Positions 20,323-30,866 are shown, numbered from the stretch's first letter. The stretch is DNA of 64,000 nt from a virus (IMGVR_UViG_2687453464_000002:15088-79087), one strand, 5' to 3'. Translations and numbers: made by a program. The notes: generated by a model from the letters alone, not told the origin.

Positions 20323-21150
20323 CTATCTCAGCATTAAAAGTGGGAATTGTGTTTTTTCCAACATTGCACTGGTGTTACTGCCGATAAAAAACCTTCTCAA
20401 GGGTGAGTGCCCGTAAGCGCCCATCACTATCAGGTTAATGCCATGTTCGCTAGCATAGCTACATAGCGCCTCAGCGACAGATTCTCCTTTCAGTTTGTGG
20501 ATTTCAACTGTGATGCCTTCTTTCTGCAATATACTTTTAGCTTCAAGCAGAGTCTGGGTATCTCCTTTGACCATAGCAATATGACACTCCAGTCCCCGTA
20601 ATAAAGGGCTAAGGGCCAGATACGTCAGGTTTTTTCGACTTTCCTCACTACCATCATAAGCAAACATGATTTTTGACGGTTGAGAGTAAAATTCCGGTAC
20701 AATTAACACCGGTTTTTTCTGTAACCTAATGATACTTTCCAAGTGACTGCCAACCGGATTCTTTGTTCCTCGGCGGCCCAGAATCATCAGCCGAATATCC
20801 CCCAACCCCCTCAGGATTCCGTCTAACTCCCCATGCCTTTGCAACAACCGAATATCAGTACAACCGCCCTTACTCAATAGTTCCGCACAACCGGCAAGTA
20901 TGGCCTTCCCCTGAGCCATTAATAGCCGATTGCGCTCCCCTTCGACCTTGACCAACTCTTCTGTCAGATGTACCTGGCTATCGATGCCAATGATACCGCT
21001 AAGATCAGAAACTGCAGGATGTGTGTCTTTTTCTAATACATGCAATAAGGATAAAGGTGCATCCAATAGACGTGCCGCCCAAGCAGCATATTCACAAACC
21101 GGTCGGGTTGATGGTGAACCATCAACACAAGCAATAACGGTATTATTCAT
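20323..21150 (-). CDS. universal stress protein (tandem USP domains)
   Basis: IACVDGS, FAYDGSEES, LIVMGAYGHSPLRRFFIGS. Confidence 0.92.
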   Translation of the reverse strand: MNNTVIACVDGSPSTRPVCEYAAWAARLLDAPLSLLHVLEKDTHPAVSDLSGIIGIDSQVHLTEELVKVEGERNRLLMAQGKAILAGCAELLSKGGCTDIRLLQRHGELDGILRGLGDIRLMILGRRGTKNPVGSHLESIIRLQKKPVLIVPEFYSQPSKIMFAYDGSEESRKNLTYLALSPLLRGLECHIAMVKGDTQTLLEAKSILQKEGITVEIHKLKGESVAEALCSYASEHGINLIVMGAYGHSPLRRFFIGSNTSAMLEKTQFPLLMLR

Positions 21151-21168
21151 TATCTGTCCCCCTTACTG

Positions 21169-22647
21169 TTAATGCCCGCCCATTAATTTTTCCACTTCCT
21201 CGGGTTTATCATGCACCCCAAATCGGTCAACAATCGTACGGGTGGCTTGGTTCATTCCATGAATATCCACATCCGTCCCTTCACGTCGGAACTTGATAAC
21301 CACTTTATCGAGTGCACTGACTGACGTGATGTCCCAAAAATGCGCATGCGAGACGTCGATGACCACGCGTTCTACCGCTTCGCGAAAATCGAAGTAACTC
21401 ATAAACCGATCGGCAGATGCGAAAAACACCTGTCCGGTTACCACGTAGGTGCGAGTTGACGTTTTAAGCTCAGATGATACCACCATAAAGCGTGACACTT
21501 TGGTGGCGAAGTTCAATGATGCAATGAGCACACCGGTCAGTACGCCATACGCAAGGTTGTGCGTAGCTACCACCACAGCAACAGTCGCCAACATAACAAC
21601 ACTGGTTGATAAGGGATGGCTACGTAGATTAACAATCGAAGACCATGAAAAGGTACCGATCGAGACCATGATCATTACAGCGACTAAAGCTGCCATAGGG
21701 ATCTGCGATACCCAGTCGCGCAGAAAAATAATCAGGCAGAGCAACACAACTCCTGCGGTGAGAGTCGAGAGTCGCCCGCGACCACCTGATTTCACATTTA
21801 TCACCGATTGGCCAATCATTGCGCATCCTGCCATACCCCCAATAAACGATGTGCAGACGTTGGCAATGCCCTGAGCTTTACATTCTCGGTTCTTATCACT
21901 CGACGTATCGGTCATATCATCCACAATGGTCGCAGTCATCATCGACTCGAGCAGACCCACCACGGCAAGACCGGCGGAATAAGGCAAGATGATCAATAAG
22001 GTATCAAAGTTAAGCGGAACATCAGGAACCAGAAACAACGGCAAGCTGTCCGGCAATTTGCCCATATCACCAACGGTACGAACATCCAAGTGTAGCCACA
22101 TAGCGATCCCGGTCAGCACGACGATGCAGACTAACGGAGAAGGGATGGTTTTATTGAGGTATGGGAAGAGGTAAATAATGCCGAGGCCGGCAGCGGTCAG
22201 GGCGTAAACGTGCCAGGTAACGTTGGTCAATTCTGGTAGTTGCGCCATAAAAATAAGGATAGCCAGTGCATTCACGAAGCCAGTCACCACGGAGCGAGAA
22301 ACGTAACGCATCAAGCTGCCAAGTTTTAAATAGCCAGCCAACAGCTGGAACAGACCAGTCAAGACAGAGGCCGCCAAAAGATACTGCAAGCCGTGGTCTT
22401 TCACCAACGTCACCATCAGCAATGCCATAGCACCGGTCGAGGACGAAATCATTGCCGGGCGGCCGCCGAAGAAAGCCATAACGAGTGGAATGCAAAATGC
22501 AGAGTAAAGCCCAACCTGTGGGTCAACACCTGCAATGATGGAAAAGGCGATCGCTTCTGGAATAAGCGCGAGCGCGACAACAATACCAGCGAGAACGTCT
22601 CCACGGACGTTACCCAGCCAGTCCTTACGCGTCGAGGACAGCAACAT
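21169..22647 (-). CDS. SulP/SLC26 family inorganic anion transporter with STAS domain
   Basis: [34 protein letters not shown] motifs FFASAD and DITSVSAL. Confidence 0.95.
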   Translation of the reverse strand: MLLSSTRKDWLGNVRGDVLAGIVVALALIPEAIAFSIIAGVDPQVGLYSAFCIPLVMAFFGGRPAMISSSTGAMALLMVTLVKDHGLQYLLAASVLTGLFQLLAGYLKLGSLMRYVSRSVVTGFVNALAILIFMAQLPELTNVTWHVYALTAAGLGIIYLFPYLNKTIPSPLVCIVVLTGIAMWLHLDVRTVGDMGKLPDSLPLFLVPDVPLNFDTLLIILPYSAGLAVVGLLESMMTATIVDDMTDTSSDKNRECKAQGIANVCTSFIGGMAGCAMIGQSVINVKSGGRGRLSTLTAGVVLLCLIIFLRDWVSQIPMAALVAVMIMVSIGTFSWSSIVNLRSHPLSTSVVMLATVAVVVATHNLAYGVLTGVLIASLNFATKVSRFMVVSSELKTSTRTYVVTGQVFFASADRFMSYFDFREAVERVVIDVSHAHFWDITSVSALDKVVIKFRREGTDVDIHGMNQATRTIVDRFGVHDKPEEVEKLMGGH

Positions 22648-23206
22648 AGTAGTTTCTCAGTTTTGGATACAGTTAGCCCGTAAGGGGCAAAATTTTTAGA
22701 TACAACAACCTACATCCGCTGATGGGATGTTAAAGAATACGCGCTGAGGATTACTCAGTGCGACAGAGGTGGGTGATAACTCAGGGTGGCGTAAGACGCA
22801 TAACTGTTTTTATTACTCCTTGATGAATGGTGAGTACACCTTCAGAGACCAGCAAAACCAGATGGTGATTTTACTCTGATTATGAAGCTTGCTTTAGCAA
22901 GTCAATCATACATTACTATAAACAAAACTGAAATGGGGTCAAGCTTATCCGCAAAGAAGGATTATGGCATACATTACATGCAGTTGCTGCTCCCTTGCTT
23001 TGTTCCCATTTTAAAACATCGTCTATAATTTCAGAAAAGGCAGATATAGCCTGCATATGCCTACTTGATATACCACGGCAGCGTAGCCGGTTTTTTCTTC
23101 AGCATATGTTAACAGTAACGATAACCCAGGATTTAGCTCATCCCCCTTCGGTGACTTCAGCCGATATTTTTACTTTGGCATTTCAAAGTTAAGGAGCAGC
23201 AATCGA

Positions 23207-23521
23207 ATGACCATAGGCGAGAAAAGTGCCAAATCAAAAGTCCTAGCATCCCGAGTCCCACGTGAAATAATTGAGGAAATGGAAACCGTAAAATTAGAAG
23301 GGGAATCGACAACACACTTCATCGTTTCGGCCATGCGTGGTGAAATTATCCGCAGAAAAACAGAGGGTGGGCGCGAAAGCCCCCTCCTATCCTCCTTAGA
23401 TGCACTAACTCGCGTTGAAACCATCGGAACAAAAGCTGTCTCTGAAATAGAGCAGCTCATTGATATTGCTCGTGAGGAGCTTCAACGCCGGATAAGCGGT
23501 AAGGTTGGAAGTGGGATGTAA
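23207..23521 (+). CDS. YlcI/YnfO-like (ribbon-helix-helix) protein
   Basis: KSKVLASRVPREIIEEME...HFIVSAMRGEIIRR. Confidence 0.7.
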   Translation: MTIGEKSAKSKVLASRVPREIIEEMETVKLEGESTTHFIVSAMRGEIIRRKTEGGRESPLLSSLDALTRVETIGTKAVSEIEQLIDIAREELQRRISGKVGSGM

Positions 23522-23855
23522 ACCGCCATGAAATCGTATGTCATATCTCTTGAGCCAATCATTTCAATCCGTTATCGTTACCCAGTGAAAGAATTCCTTT
23601 CACACTGTCTATTGCTTTAAGCCGTTCATTCCCCCGGTTGTCGTGGCCGGGATTTTTTTTGCCTGCCATGTGCTCGTCTATACAACTTGATCGATTTAAA
23701 CGATCGATATCAAAAAACCGATCTATACAACCAATTGTTATTTTGCATACAAACCGTGTAATCATTGAGCACATACCAACTACAACAGCACCAGGGAACT
23801 TCCCCACTGCGCCCATGCCTGCACCGCATGGGCTTTTTATTACGGCAGGAACAGC

Positions 23856-24014
23856 ATGAATACCTTCATAAAAGCATTCGTTAGACTCGGCGCTGCTGTG
23901 TCCGCGCTTTCCCTTATCTCAGGGTTCACCCACTGGCCCGAGGCCATGTTCATCTATAACTTCGTGATGTTGGCCATCTGGGCGCATGCCGAATGGGACT
24001 GGCGCCGAAAATGA
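23856..24014 (+). CDS. small membrane protein, 52 aa (not in ORF track)
   Basis: RBS CAGGA; MNTFIKAFVRLGAAVSALSLISGFTHWPEAMFIYNFVMLAIWAHAEWDWRRK; two hydrophobic segments. Confidence 0.55.
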   Translation: MNTFIKAFVRLGAAVSALSLISGFTHWPEAMFIYNFVMLAIWAHAEWDWRRK

Positions 24015-24048
24015 CTAATAGCCGGGAGATATCCCCCGGCTACACTCA

Positions 24049-24846
24049 CTAAACGACCACACCATGCGTGTTCTTGAAGTAACGCTGAGAACGTCCGTAT
24101 TGAACTTTCAGCTCATCCAAAGATAACACCCGGTCATAAATCAACACTTCGGCAACTGCCAGCCCTGTATTAGGACTTGAAGGCGGTACCGGCGGCAAGT
24201 TTGGATTGCGCCAGGTGATAATACGGTAGAGGCTTGCCGCCTCCTTTTCCGTCACCGAACGTTCAGCCAGATTCGCGCCTTCGGCGAGTGTTGCCGGGAT
24301 AATGTCAGCGCTGGCAGAAGGTACATATAAGCCGCCCTGGTTACCTGCGCCGTCAACAGTGACAGCAGTAAATACAAAGTTGTTACGGCTTGAAGTCGCC
24401 TCAGAAGGCCCAGCCGCCGTACCATACAGTTTTTCATTGTAGGCTTGGCCGCCGATACTCAGTGATCGCCGGCGAAGAGTGACCACCGAAACATCCGTAA
24501 TAGCGACACCTTCGCCGTTTGCAGATGCAGACTGCACAATGTTCCCTACGGGATAACCGAACGTATTCACATCAGCAGCCTGGCGATACACCGCAATCAT
24601 CGTGCGCTGCAGTCCGTCCGGTACATCGGTAATAAAGCCGTTATCTTTATCGCCAGTCACAAAGAACGTGTTAAATACTGGCGTGCCGACAGCCTTTAAC
24701 GTGTGTCCGTTCCCAGACAGATCGGAGAAACCATCCCCAAAACGCCATCCAGCCATCAGGCCCGGCACCGTGGCAAACGGCTCAAACAGCGGTGGTAATG
24801 TTGGGTTCTTAATTTCCATATCCAGATTGCGAATAATCGTTGTCAT
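24049..24846 (-). CDS. beta-rich protein, ConA/LamG-like fold (spike-associated)
   Basis: DLSGNGHTL and VAEVLIYDRVLSLDEL typical of LamG-3. Confidence 0.65.
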   Translation of the reverse strand: MTTIIRNLDMEIKNPTLPPLFEPFATVPGLMAGWRFGDGFSDLSGNGHTLKAVGTPVFNTFFVTGDKDNGFITDVPDGLQRTMIAVYRQAADVNTFGYPVGNIVQSASANGEGVAITDVSVVTLRRRSLSIGGQAYNEKLYGTAAGPSEATSSRNNFVFTAVTVDGAGNQGGLYVPSASADIIPATLAEGANLAERSVTEKEAASLYRIITWRNPNLPPVPPSSPNTGLAVAEVLIYDRVLSLDELKVQYGRSQRYFKNTHGVVV

Positions 24847-24859
24847 TTCGTTACCTTAC

Positions 24860-27028
24860 TTAAAAAATTACGCACCAGTTGTGCAGTTTGCGCAGCACTC
24901 CTGCGCCGTCAGTGTAACTTTCGCCCGGTAAATCCCCTTCGCTATCACGCAGGTTTCCGCGCGGCCCCGTAGTTCTGCCGTTCGTCATTGGGTCACCGGC
25001 CTTACCCCATCCGTAAGTGACGATTTCGTTATCACGCAGTGGCCGCGAGGTTGTGATCCGCACACGGTCATGACCGGCAATATCGACAGCGGTAATAATG
25101 TCGATGACATCGAGCGAACCCTTATCCCGGATGTAGAAGCCCATGTTGTCCGCCGGCGCCACCCAGTCCGTGTCGAAAACCAGCGGCGGAGCAGGCACGT
25201 TGAAATAGAGCATGGTGAAAATGCCCTGCCGGATTTCATCGATCACATCAAGACGATGCATACGCGTCACGCCCTCAAGCATGTCCCGCCGCTTTTTGTA
25301 AATCATGCGGCCCGTATACTGAGAGAACATGTAGTACGTTTCAGGCATACCGTGGATGTGGTCTGATGCGTAGTAATCACCGATGTAGCCGGGGTAAGCG
25401 ATTTCCGTTTTACCCAGCATTGCAGCGTCACGCAGTGCCAGAGCGACAAGCGGGTCACGGCGTCGGTACGCCCGGTGCGTGCTGAGCTGGTAGCTGATAA
25501 AAATGGGGTCAAACAGTTGGCCGGTGATCGTTTTTTTGTCTGCCAGCGAATCGGCGATGTACTGCAGGTAAATAGCGAGATAGTCAGCGCGCGACGTCTG
25601 ATCGCGATAATCTGATTCGCCCTGCATCCACACAACTGCCAATTCTGCAAAAGTCCTTCCCTCTTCTGCAGCAAGGCGTAGGCTGTTGGTAACATGGGCG
25701 ATCATGCGACTATAGGCCGCAGTGCCTTTGATCAGGTTCTTGATAGGTTGACCGCCGGTGCCGGGCGCAGAACCGATATAGGCGCAGGCCTGATGGTCAA
25801 AGGGCAGCCCTGTTTCTGCCTGGATCATTTCCACCAGCTTATGCGTCGCGCCGGTAACAGGGGTTTCCGCCGCCGGCCAGGTTCCCTCTGACGGTTGGTA
25901 ACGCTTTTCCACGAGTGGCACCAGTGTGTCCGTGTCGGTCATGCCGCTGTTGTTATTGGTGCTGAATCCCTTGTTCCCATAGCGCTGTTCTGTGCTGACC
26001 GGTTGTGGGTCGTCGTTAGGGTTCGCTGCACCAAGAGACAACGACTGCCCCTCACTGCGCACCCCCATATAGTCATAAGGACGGAACGGTACCGGTGGAA
26101 TATCAGGCTTTGGTGGCGTAGAGCCAATCACGGGAATATCCAGGTCAGTTTCATACCCCGGATCACAGGCATAAGGGACATAACCTTTATCGACAAACAC
26201 AACGCCTGGTGGTCCAGGTATTTCAACAATCTCAACCCGGCCAATGATAACGCCGCCCATTTTCGAACCGCCGATATACGGCACGTTCTTTTTATCCGTC
26301 TGCGCCCAATCATATTCATGATGGTTGGCAAAGTTTTTAAACTGTACGCCGGTAATATTTACGTCACCGTTTTCTGTATAGTTAATCGGTGACACGCCGT
26401 TCGCAGCAAAAAAACCGCCCCCGACTAATACCCCTTCTGTGTCATAGACCTTTTTTTCAACGCCATACCCCTGCGTACGCTTATCTACCTCACCACTCTG
26501 TGATAATGATTTGCTCGCAAAGTCAATGGCATTCTCAACATCACTGGCACCGGCTGCACTTGCAAACTCCAGTGCGGTGCCATTCAGGTTCATATAATAT
26601 TTAAAACCTTTCCCCTCCCCCTGACCAACACGGAAGCTTTTCCCGAAAGGAGTACCAGCAAGGCCGGCAATTGTTCCATCAGGATCATCAGGGGTGATGT
26701 AATACGTGTTGGCGTCAGCAGTATTCTCCGCCCTTCCTGCGGCATCCTCAGCCCTTTCCGTCAATCCGTCCAAAACAGACTTGTCGGCAAAAAGTTTAAA
26801 ACCGTCTACAAGACTGACGAGATTACCGGAGCGATCAGAAACCAGCGACTTAATAAGTAATGACATTAATATTTTTTTGGTTCGCAATAAACCATCACCG
26901 TCGCTTTGAGAAATAACAAGAAGGTCATCAATTAACGAATTCTCAGCCGAAGGAAGTTCCGATATTTTCATTTCCTTATCGACACCGATGGGGTCACTGA
27001 CCACCTTTTGCTTTAACCTGCTAACCAT
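24860..27028 (-). CDS. tailspike with SGNH esterase domain (alternative start 26971)
   Basis: Prophage tailspike-like DPDGTIAGLAGTP segment; GQSLS, WMQGESD, DHIH catalytic blocks. Confidence 0.8.
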   Translation of the reverse strand: MVSRLKQKVVSDPIGVDKEMKISELPSAENSLIDDLLVISQSDGDGLLRTKKILMSLLIKSLVSDRSGNLVSLVDGFKLFADKSVLDGLTERAEDAAGRAENTADANTYYITPDDPDGTIAGLAGTPFGKSFRVGQGEGKGFKYYMNLNGTALEFASAAGASDVENAIDFASKSLSQSGEVDKRTQGYGVEKKVYDTEGVLVGGGFFAANGVSPINYTENGDVNITGVQFKNFANHHEYDWAQTDKKNVPYIGGSKMGGVIIGRVEIVEIPGPPGVVFVDKGYVPYACDPGYETDLDIPVIGSTPPKPDIPPVPFRPYDYMGVRSEGQSLSLGAANPNDDPQPVSTEQRYGNKGFSTNNNSGMTDTDTLVPLVEKRYQPSEGTWPAAETPVTGATHKLVEMIQAETGLPFDHQACAYIGSAPGTGGQPIKNLIKGTAAYSRMIAHVTNSLRLAAEEGRTFAELAVVWMQGESDYRDQTSRADYLAIYLQYIADSLADKKTITGQLFDPIFISYQLSTHRAYRRRDPLVALALRDAAMLGKTEIAYPGYIGDYYASDHIHGMPETYYMFSQYTGRMIYKKRRDMLEGVTRMHRLDVIDEIRQGIFTMLYFNVPAPPLVFDTDWVAPADNMGFYIRDKGSLDVIDIITAVDIAGHDRVRITTSRPLRDNEIVTYGWGKAGDPMTNGRTTGPRGNLRDSEGDLPGESYTDGAGVLRKLHNWCVIF

Positions 27029-27042
27029 GCTGCAGACTCCCG

Positions 27043-28170
27043 TTATGTTTTATCAAAGTAGCCAATACCATCATCTTTCTTTTTCCCCGATTTTTTCCCG
27101 CCCTTCCCTTTTGGCGGCTTGATATCCGTCGCCAGATTGAACGCGAACGACATTCCCTGTGAGGTGAGAGAAAACACCAACGATTCGACTAACCAGCTCC
27201 GATCCTCCACCGTGCCGAAGCCCTGGGTAATAACCCGGCTCTCTGCCGTCAGTGGAATATGTGCCGGCCGGCACGGCCCGCTGAGCGTCATGCGGCGCTC
27301 ATTGCGGCTTACCTGCGTTTTTCTGGATTGCGCGCTGTGGTTGGCGGCGGTTTTGGTCGGCTGGGTGAATGGGTGGGATTGTGACGGGCCATCATGTTCG
27401 AGTGACTGCGTTTTCGTTCGCCCATCTTCCGGGTCAAAGTACGCGACACTGATTTTTCCCTTCTTCCCACCCTCACCTTTTTTACCGGGGCCAGTCGTTG
27501 CGCCGCGCTGCTGGCCATCGGTATAACTCCATTCCGATACCTCATCCTTTAAAATCGTTACGCTGGCCAGCGGCTTCCCGCCGACACTTAACGACTCACC
27601 TTGTTGGAGAAAGAGCCAATAGCCGCCGGACGGTTTGCTGATCGCATTAAAACGACTGGCCAGCCGGGTCATTAACGCTGCATCCGATTCATTGACCTGA
27701 TCGAGGTGCCCGACAGCGATGTCTGCCAGTGCGCCGGCCACTTTTGGGATCAACCCGTTGTCACTGGCGACAGTTTTCACAATGTCGCCCAGGTTCACGT
27801 CGTCCCAGCTGCGACTTTTCTGGTTCAGCACGTCACCGTGCTGGCGCTGGGCGTTCATCGGTGCCGCCGTGGCATAAATAACGATTTTGCGCGGCGGGCC
27901 ACTGCTGGAAATACCGCTGACAACAAACCATCCTTTATCCTGCAATACCCCGTTAAATCCCAGCCCCAGCCGCAGGCGAGCGCCCTTGTTAGGGAGCGCC
28001 ATGGTTTCCGACAAGATGGTGATCTGCAGTTCGTCGGCCTTTGCCGTGGCGCCGCCGTTATCCGTCAGCCTGATTTCCACCAGGTTCTCACGCATCACGG
28101 CGGTAATATCCCGCCCTTCCGCCGTGAGGCTGAACTCCGGGCGATATTCTTCTCTCTGCACGTTTTCCAT
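27043..28170 (-). CDS. gpD-like late control/baseplate hub protein
   Basis: LTDNGG...ADEL, HLDQVNESDAALMTRLA. Confidence 0.9.
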   Translation of the reverse strand: MENVQREEYRPEFSLTAEGRDITAVMRENLVEIRLTDNGGATAKADELQITILSETMALPNKGARLRLGLGFNGVLQDKGWFVVSGISSSGPPRKIVIYATAAPMNAQRQHGDVLNQKSRSWDDVNLGDIVKTVASDNGLIPKVAGALADIAVGHLDQVNESDAALMTRLASRFNAISKPSGGYWLFLQQGESLSVGGKPLASVTILKDEVSEWSYTDGQQRGATTGPGKKGEGGKKGKISVAYFDPEDGRTKTQSLEHDGPSQSHPFTQPTKTAANHSAQSRKTQVSRNERRMTLSGPCRPAHIPLTAESRVITQGFGTVEDRSWLVESLVFSLTSQGMSFAFNLATDIKPPKGKGGKKSGKKKDDGIGYFDKT

Positions 28171-28171
28171 T

Positions 28172-28387
28172 TCAGTCCCACAATTGAACCGTTGACTCTG
28201 CAACCTGCGTTTCGATATCAGGCAGCGTAATGATCAGGCCGGAAGGGTATATTGCCCCCAGCGCTGCCAGCTCCCTGTTGGCATCCAGCACTTCCGTCAG
28301 CGTCTGAGGGAGATTTACCAGACCGTAATGTCTGGCGCAGATGGCATCCAGCACATCGCCTTCATGGGTTATGTATGTCGTCGGCAT
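28172..28387 (-). CDS. tail protein X-like
   Basis: EGDVLDAICARHYG...QLWD. Confidence 0.9.
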   Translation of the reverse strand: MPTTYITHEGDVLDAICARHYGLVNLPQTLTEVLDANRELAALGAIYPSGLIITLPDIETQVAESTVQLWD

Positions 28388-28838
28388 AATGTTTTATCGT
28401 GATCGAGTAGGTTTTCTTTCGCGGAGAACCGCCAGGCAGGAATGCCGGCGTGGTATCGGTAAAGTCCGTAATCACCCACCAGCCCAGCACATCCCCGGCG
28501 CCACTGACCAGCTGCTGGGGCTGGGCCTTGTCGGCGAGATCGTACAGTGCATCGATGGACGTTACCCCGTTGCGAAAAAAGGCGTGGGCTTCACCGTCCA
28601 ATTTGACGTTGCGGGCTTCCTTGCCCGTGTACTGCAGCAGGTCCTGCTTGCCGATCCGCTCCTGCTCCTGCCAGCGCCAGCGCGCCTCCCGCGTCAGCTG
28701 GTTATAGGCTGCCGTGTCGATGGAGAATTCAAAGTCGCCCAGCATCATCATGATCTTGGCATTTTCTGCCGGGCGCCCGTTCGGCGCGTTGTAGCTGTAC
28801 GCGCCGGTTATCGTTCCGATGATGTCTATATCGCTCAT
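28362..28838 (-). CDS. gpU-like tail protein
   Basis: MMMLGDFEFS, LQYTG, LGWWVI. Confidence 0.88.
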   Translation of the reverse strand: MSDIDIIGTITGAYSYNAPNGRPAENAKIMMMLGDFEFSIDTAAYNQLTREARWRWQEQERIGKQDLLQYTGKEARNVKLDGEAHAFFRNGVTSIDALYDLADKAQPQQLVSGAGDVLGWWVITDFTDTTPAFLPGGSPRKKTYSITIKHYADDIHNP

Positions 28839-30463
28839 CCGCTCCAGCCTCCAGGCGCGTCATACATCGCATTGTTCCCGTTGAATACGTCCAGCTTGCC
28901 GATCTGCGTTACCGCGTTATCGGCGATGCTCTTGGCGTCCTGCCCCGGCGCACCATTGACGGTCATATAAATATTGTTCCGGCGGTTATCGGTGACATTA
29001 GGAGGAGTTTTCTTATCAGTGAGACCAACATTCGCCATCATTTCTGAGAACTTATTGATGACCGGATCACCTGACTCATTCCCAACGGTGTTTTCATACA
29101 AGGCATCAATACGCTTATCGAAATCCTTACCGTCCTTAAACATGCCGAAGAAACTCGTGCTTTCTGTATTCGCAGCTACGGCTTGTTTAGCCAGGTTCGG
29201 GTTAGCAGCAACCTGCTGATCAAACCACTCCCCTAACCCATAACGGTCGGCCGTCTGCCTGGCTATTTCCGTGGAGCCGTTATAAGCCAGCGAACGCAAC
29301 ACCTTTTTCTTATTGTCGGCCTCGTCCGGCACAAACTGCCCCAGCCACCTCGCAATGTTTACGGCCACCTTGCTGAAGGTGAGCAACCCATTGCCGAACT
29401 CAATCAGCGCAGGTATCCAGGAATTGCGGATCGTTGACGCAATCACCTCAATACCGCCGTTTTTGAACCAGTCGGACAGCTCATCGGCCAGCTTGGTGAC
29501 CATCGGAGCCAGGTCGCCGCCCAGCTTGCCGGCGATCTGGTCCACAGCGCTGCTCCAGACCGTTCGCAAGTTGCTGAACGCAATGTTGCTGCGCATCGCC
29601 CCTTCCGCGCCGTCACGGGTCACCAGGTTGTATCGCTTCTGTTCGTTCATCAAGTCGCGATAACTTTTGCCGGTCAGGCGCATGTAGGTCAGTATTTTGT
29701 TGGCTTCACCACCGAAGATGGAGTCCGCGTAACCGGCCGCCAGCTGTTCGTTATCCAGCTTCAGCAGGCGTTCAAAAATGCTCGACACCTGGTCTTCATT
29801 GCTTTTGCCGTACATATCGCCGGCCTTGAACCCCAGCAGCGGGAAGTTCTCTGCGATAGCGCCTTTCGTCGGGTCCTTCTTAAAATCCGAGACCTTATTG
29901 CGGTACTCTTCAAACAGGTCTCCGAAGTTCTCCCCGTTCAGCCCCATCTGCTTACCGAGGCTCTGCCAGGCATTGAACGTATCGATGTTCACACCGTAGC
30001 TTCGGGCAATGCCGTATGACTCGGCGGTTTCCGCATTGGAACGAACAGGAGACATGACCGCACCGATCCCCGCCCCGATTAACCCGCCAGCGGCAGCAAC
30101 CCCCAACCCAGCACCAAGCGTCCGGCCTGCCCGGCCAATAAAGCCACGCCCCACAGCGCCCGCGCGGCGAAAGCGTTCAGCGCGCTGCAGGCTGCGGTTC
30201 AGCGATTCCTGCTCCTGCTCCGTCCGTTTGATAGAGCGCGTCACAGTGTCGTAATCGCGCTTCAGGCCGCTGACATCCTTGCCCGCCAGCTTGGTTTGCT
30301 TCATCCGGTCCGCCAACGCCTTTTGTTGCTTGGCGAGCTGCGCCGACTGTTTCTCGACGGTTTTCAGCCCTTTGTTGAGTCCGTCAGTGGAACGCCCCCA
30401 GCTTCCGTCGATGTTGCCGCCAAACGTTATGACGGCTTTCAATTTTTGGCTTATGCTGCTCAT
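28835..30463 (-). CDS. tail tape measure protein
   Basis: Helical Gly/Ala-rich 542-aa protein after the chaperones. Confidence 0.85.
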   Translation of the reverse strand: MSSISQKLKAVITFGGNIDGSWGRSTDGLNKGLKTVEKQSAQLAKQQKALADRMKQTKLAGKDVSGLKRDYDTVTRSIKRTEQEQESLNRSLQRAERFRRAGAVGRGFIGRAGRTLGAGLGVAAAGGLIGAGIGAVMSPVRSNAETAESYGIARSYGVNIDTFNAWQSLGKQMGLNGENFGDLFEEYRNKVSDFKKDPTKGAIAENFPLLGFKAGDMYGKSNEDQVSSIFERLLKLDNEQLAAGYADSIFGGEANKILTYMRLTGKSYRDLMNEQKRYNLVTRDGAEGAMRSNIAFSNLRTVWSSAVDQIAGKLGGDLAPMVTKLADELSDWFKNGGIEVIASTIRNSWIPALIEFGNGLLTFSKVAVNIARWLGQFVPDEADNKKKVLRSLAYNGSTEIARQTADRYGLGEWFDQQVAANPNLAKQAVAANTESTSFFGMFKDGKDFDKRIDALYENTVGNESGDPVINKFSEMMANVGLTDKKTPPNVTDNRRNNIYMTVNGAPGQDAKSIADNAVTQIGKLDVFNGNNAMYDAPGGWSG

Positions 30464-30618
30464 TTACTCACCCGCTCATATTCGTCTTTAACAAAGTCGT
30501 AAAAGGCGGAAAACGGCATGGATAGCCAGTCCCCCATGCTGTAATTCAGGGTGCGGCCAACCAGCCTCAAGGCTTGTCGGATGTCGCCTTCAGACGCTCC
30601 CCAGGAGGCAGCAAAAAA
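30460..30618 (-). CDS. tail chaperone -1 frameshift extension
   Basis: Slippery TTTTTTG (30612..30618, - strand); -1 frame stays open to a TGA overlapping the tape-measure ATG. Confidence 0.7.
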   Translation of the reverse strand, partial: FFAASWGASEGDIRQALRLVGRTLNYSMGDWLSMPFSAFYDFVKDEYERVSK

Positions 30619-30866
30619 TTGTTCCAGGCCGCCTCAAGCTGGTAATAGTCAGCTGCAGTCAGTTGATAGACGTCCTCAACATTCATGCCGCACAGATCGG
30701 CCAGCATGCCGATTTCCTTTTCTGCATCGCTCCCCGGGCGTTTGACATACTCGATGCGGTCACGCACCAGCGGTTCGCGCATCGTGACTTTCTCAAGCTT
30801 GCTGCCATCGGCCAGCGTCAGCGGGGAGTACAGTTTGATTTCTACGTTGCTGCCTGGGTAATTCAT
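30567..30866 (-). CDS. tail assembly chaperone
   Basis: VTMREPLVRD, LTAADYYQL. Confidence 0.88.
   Translation of the reverse strand: MNYPGSNVEIKLYSPLTLADGSKLEKVTMREPLVRDRIEYVKRPGSDAEKEIGMLADLCGMNVEDVYQLTAADYYQLEAAWNNFLLPPGERLKATSDKP

Noticed and set aside
22830-23200. Transposon end or pseudogene next to SulP-USP
   Set aside because: No terminal inverted repeat or recognisable reading frame found
23559-23859. ORFs 23559..23816 (-) and 23638..23859 (+)
   Set aside because: Span terminator hairpins and regulatory-looking DNA; no protein-like features
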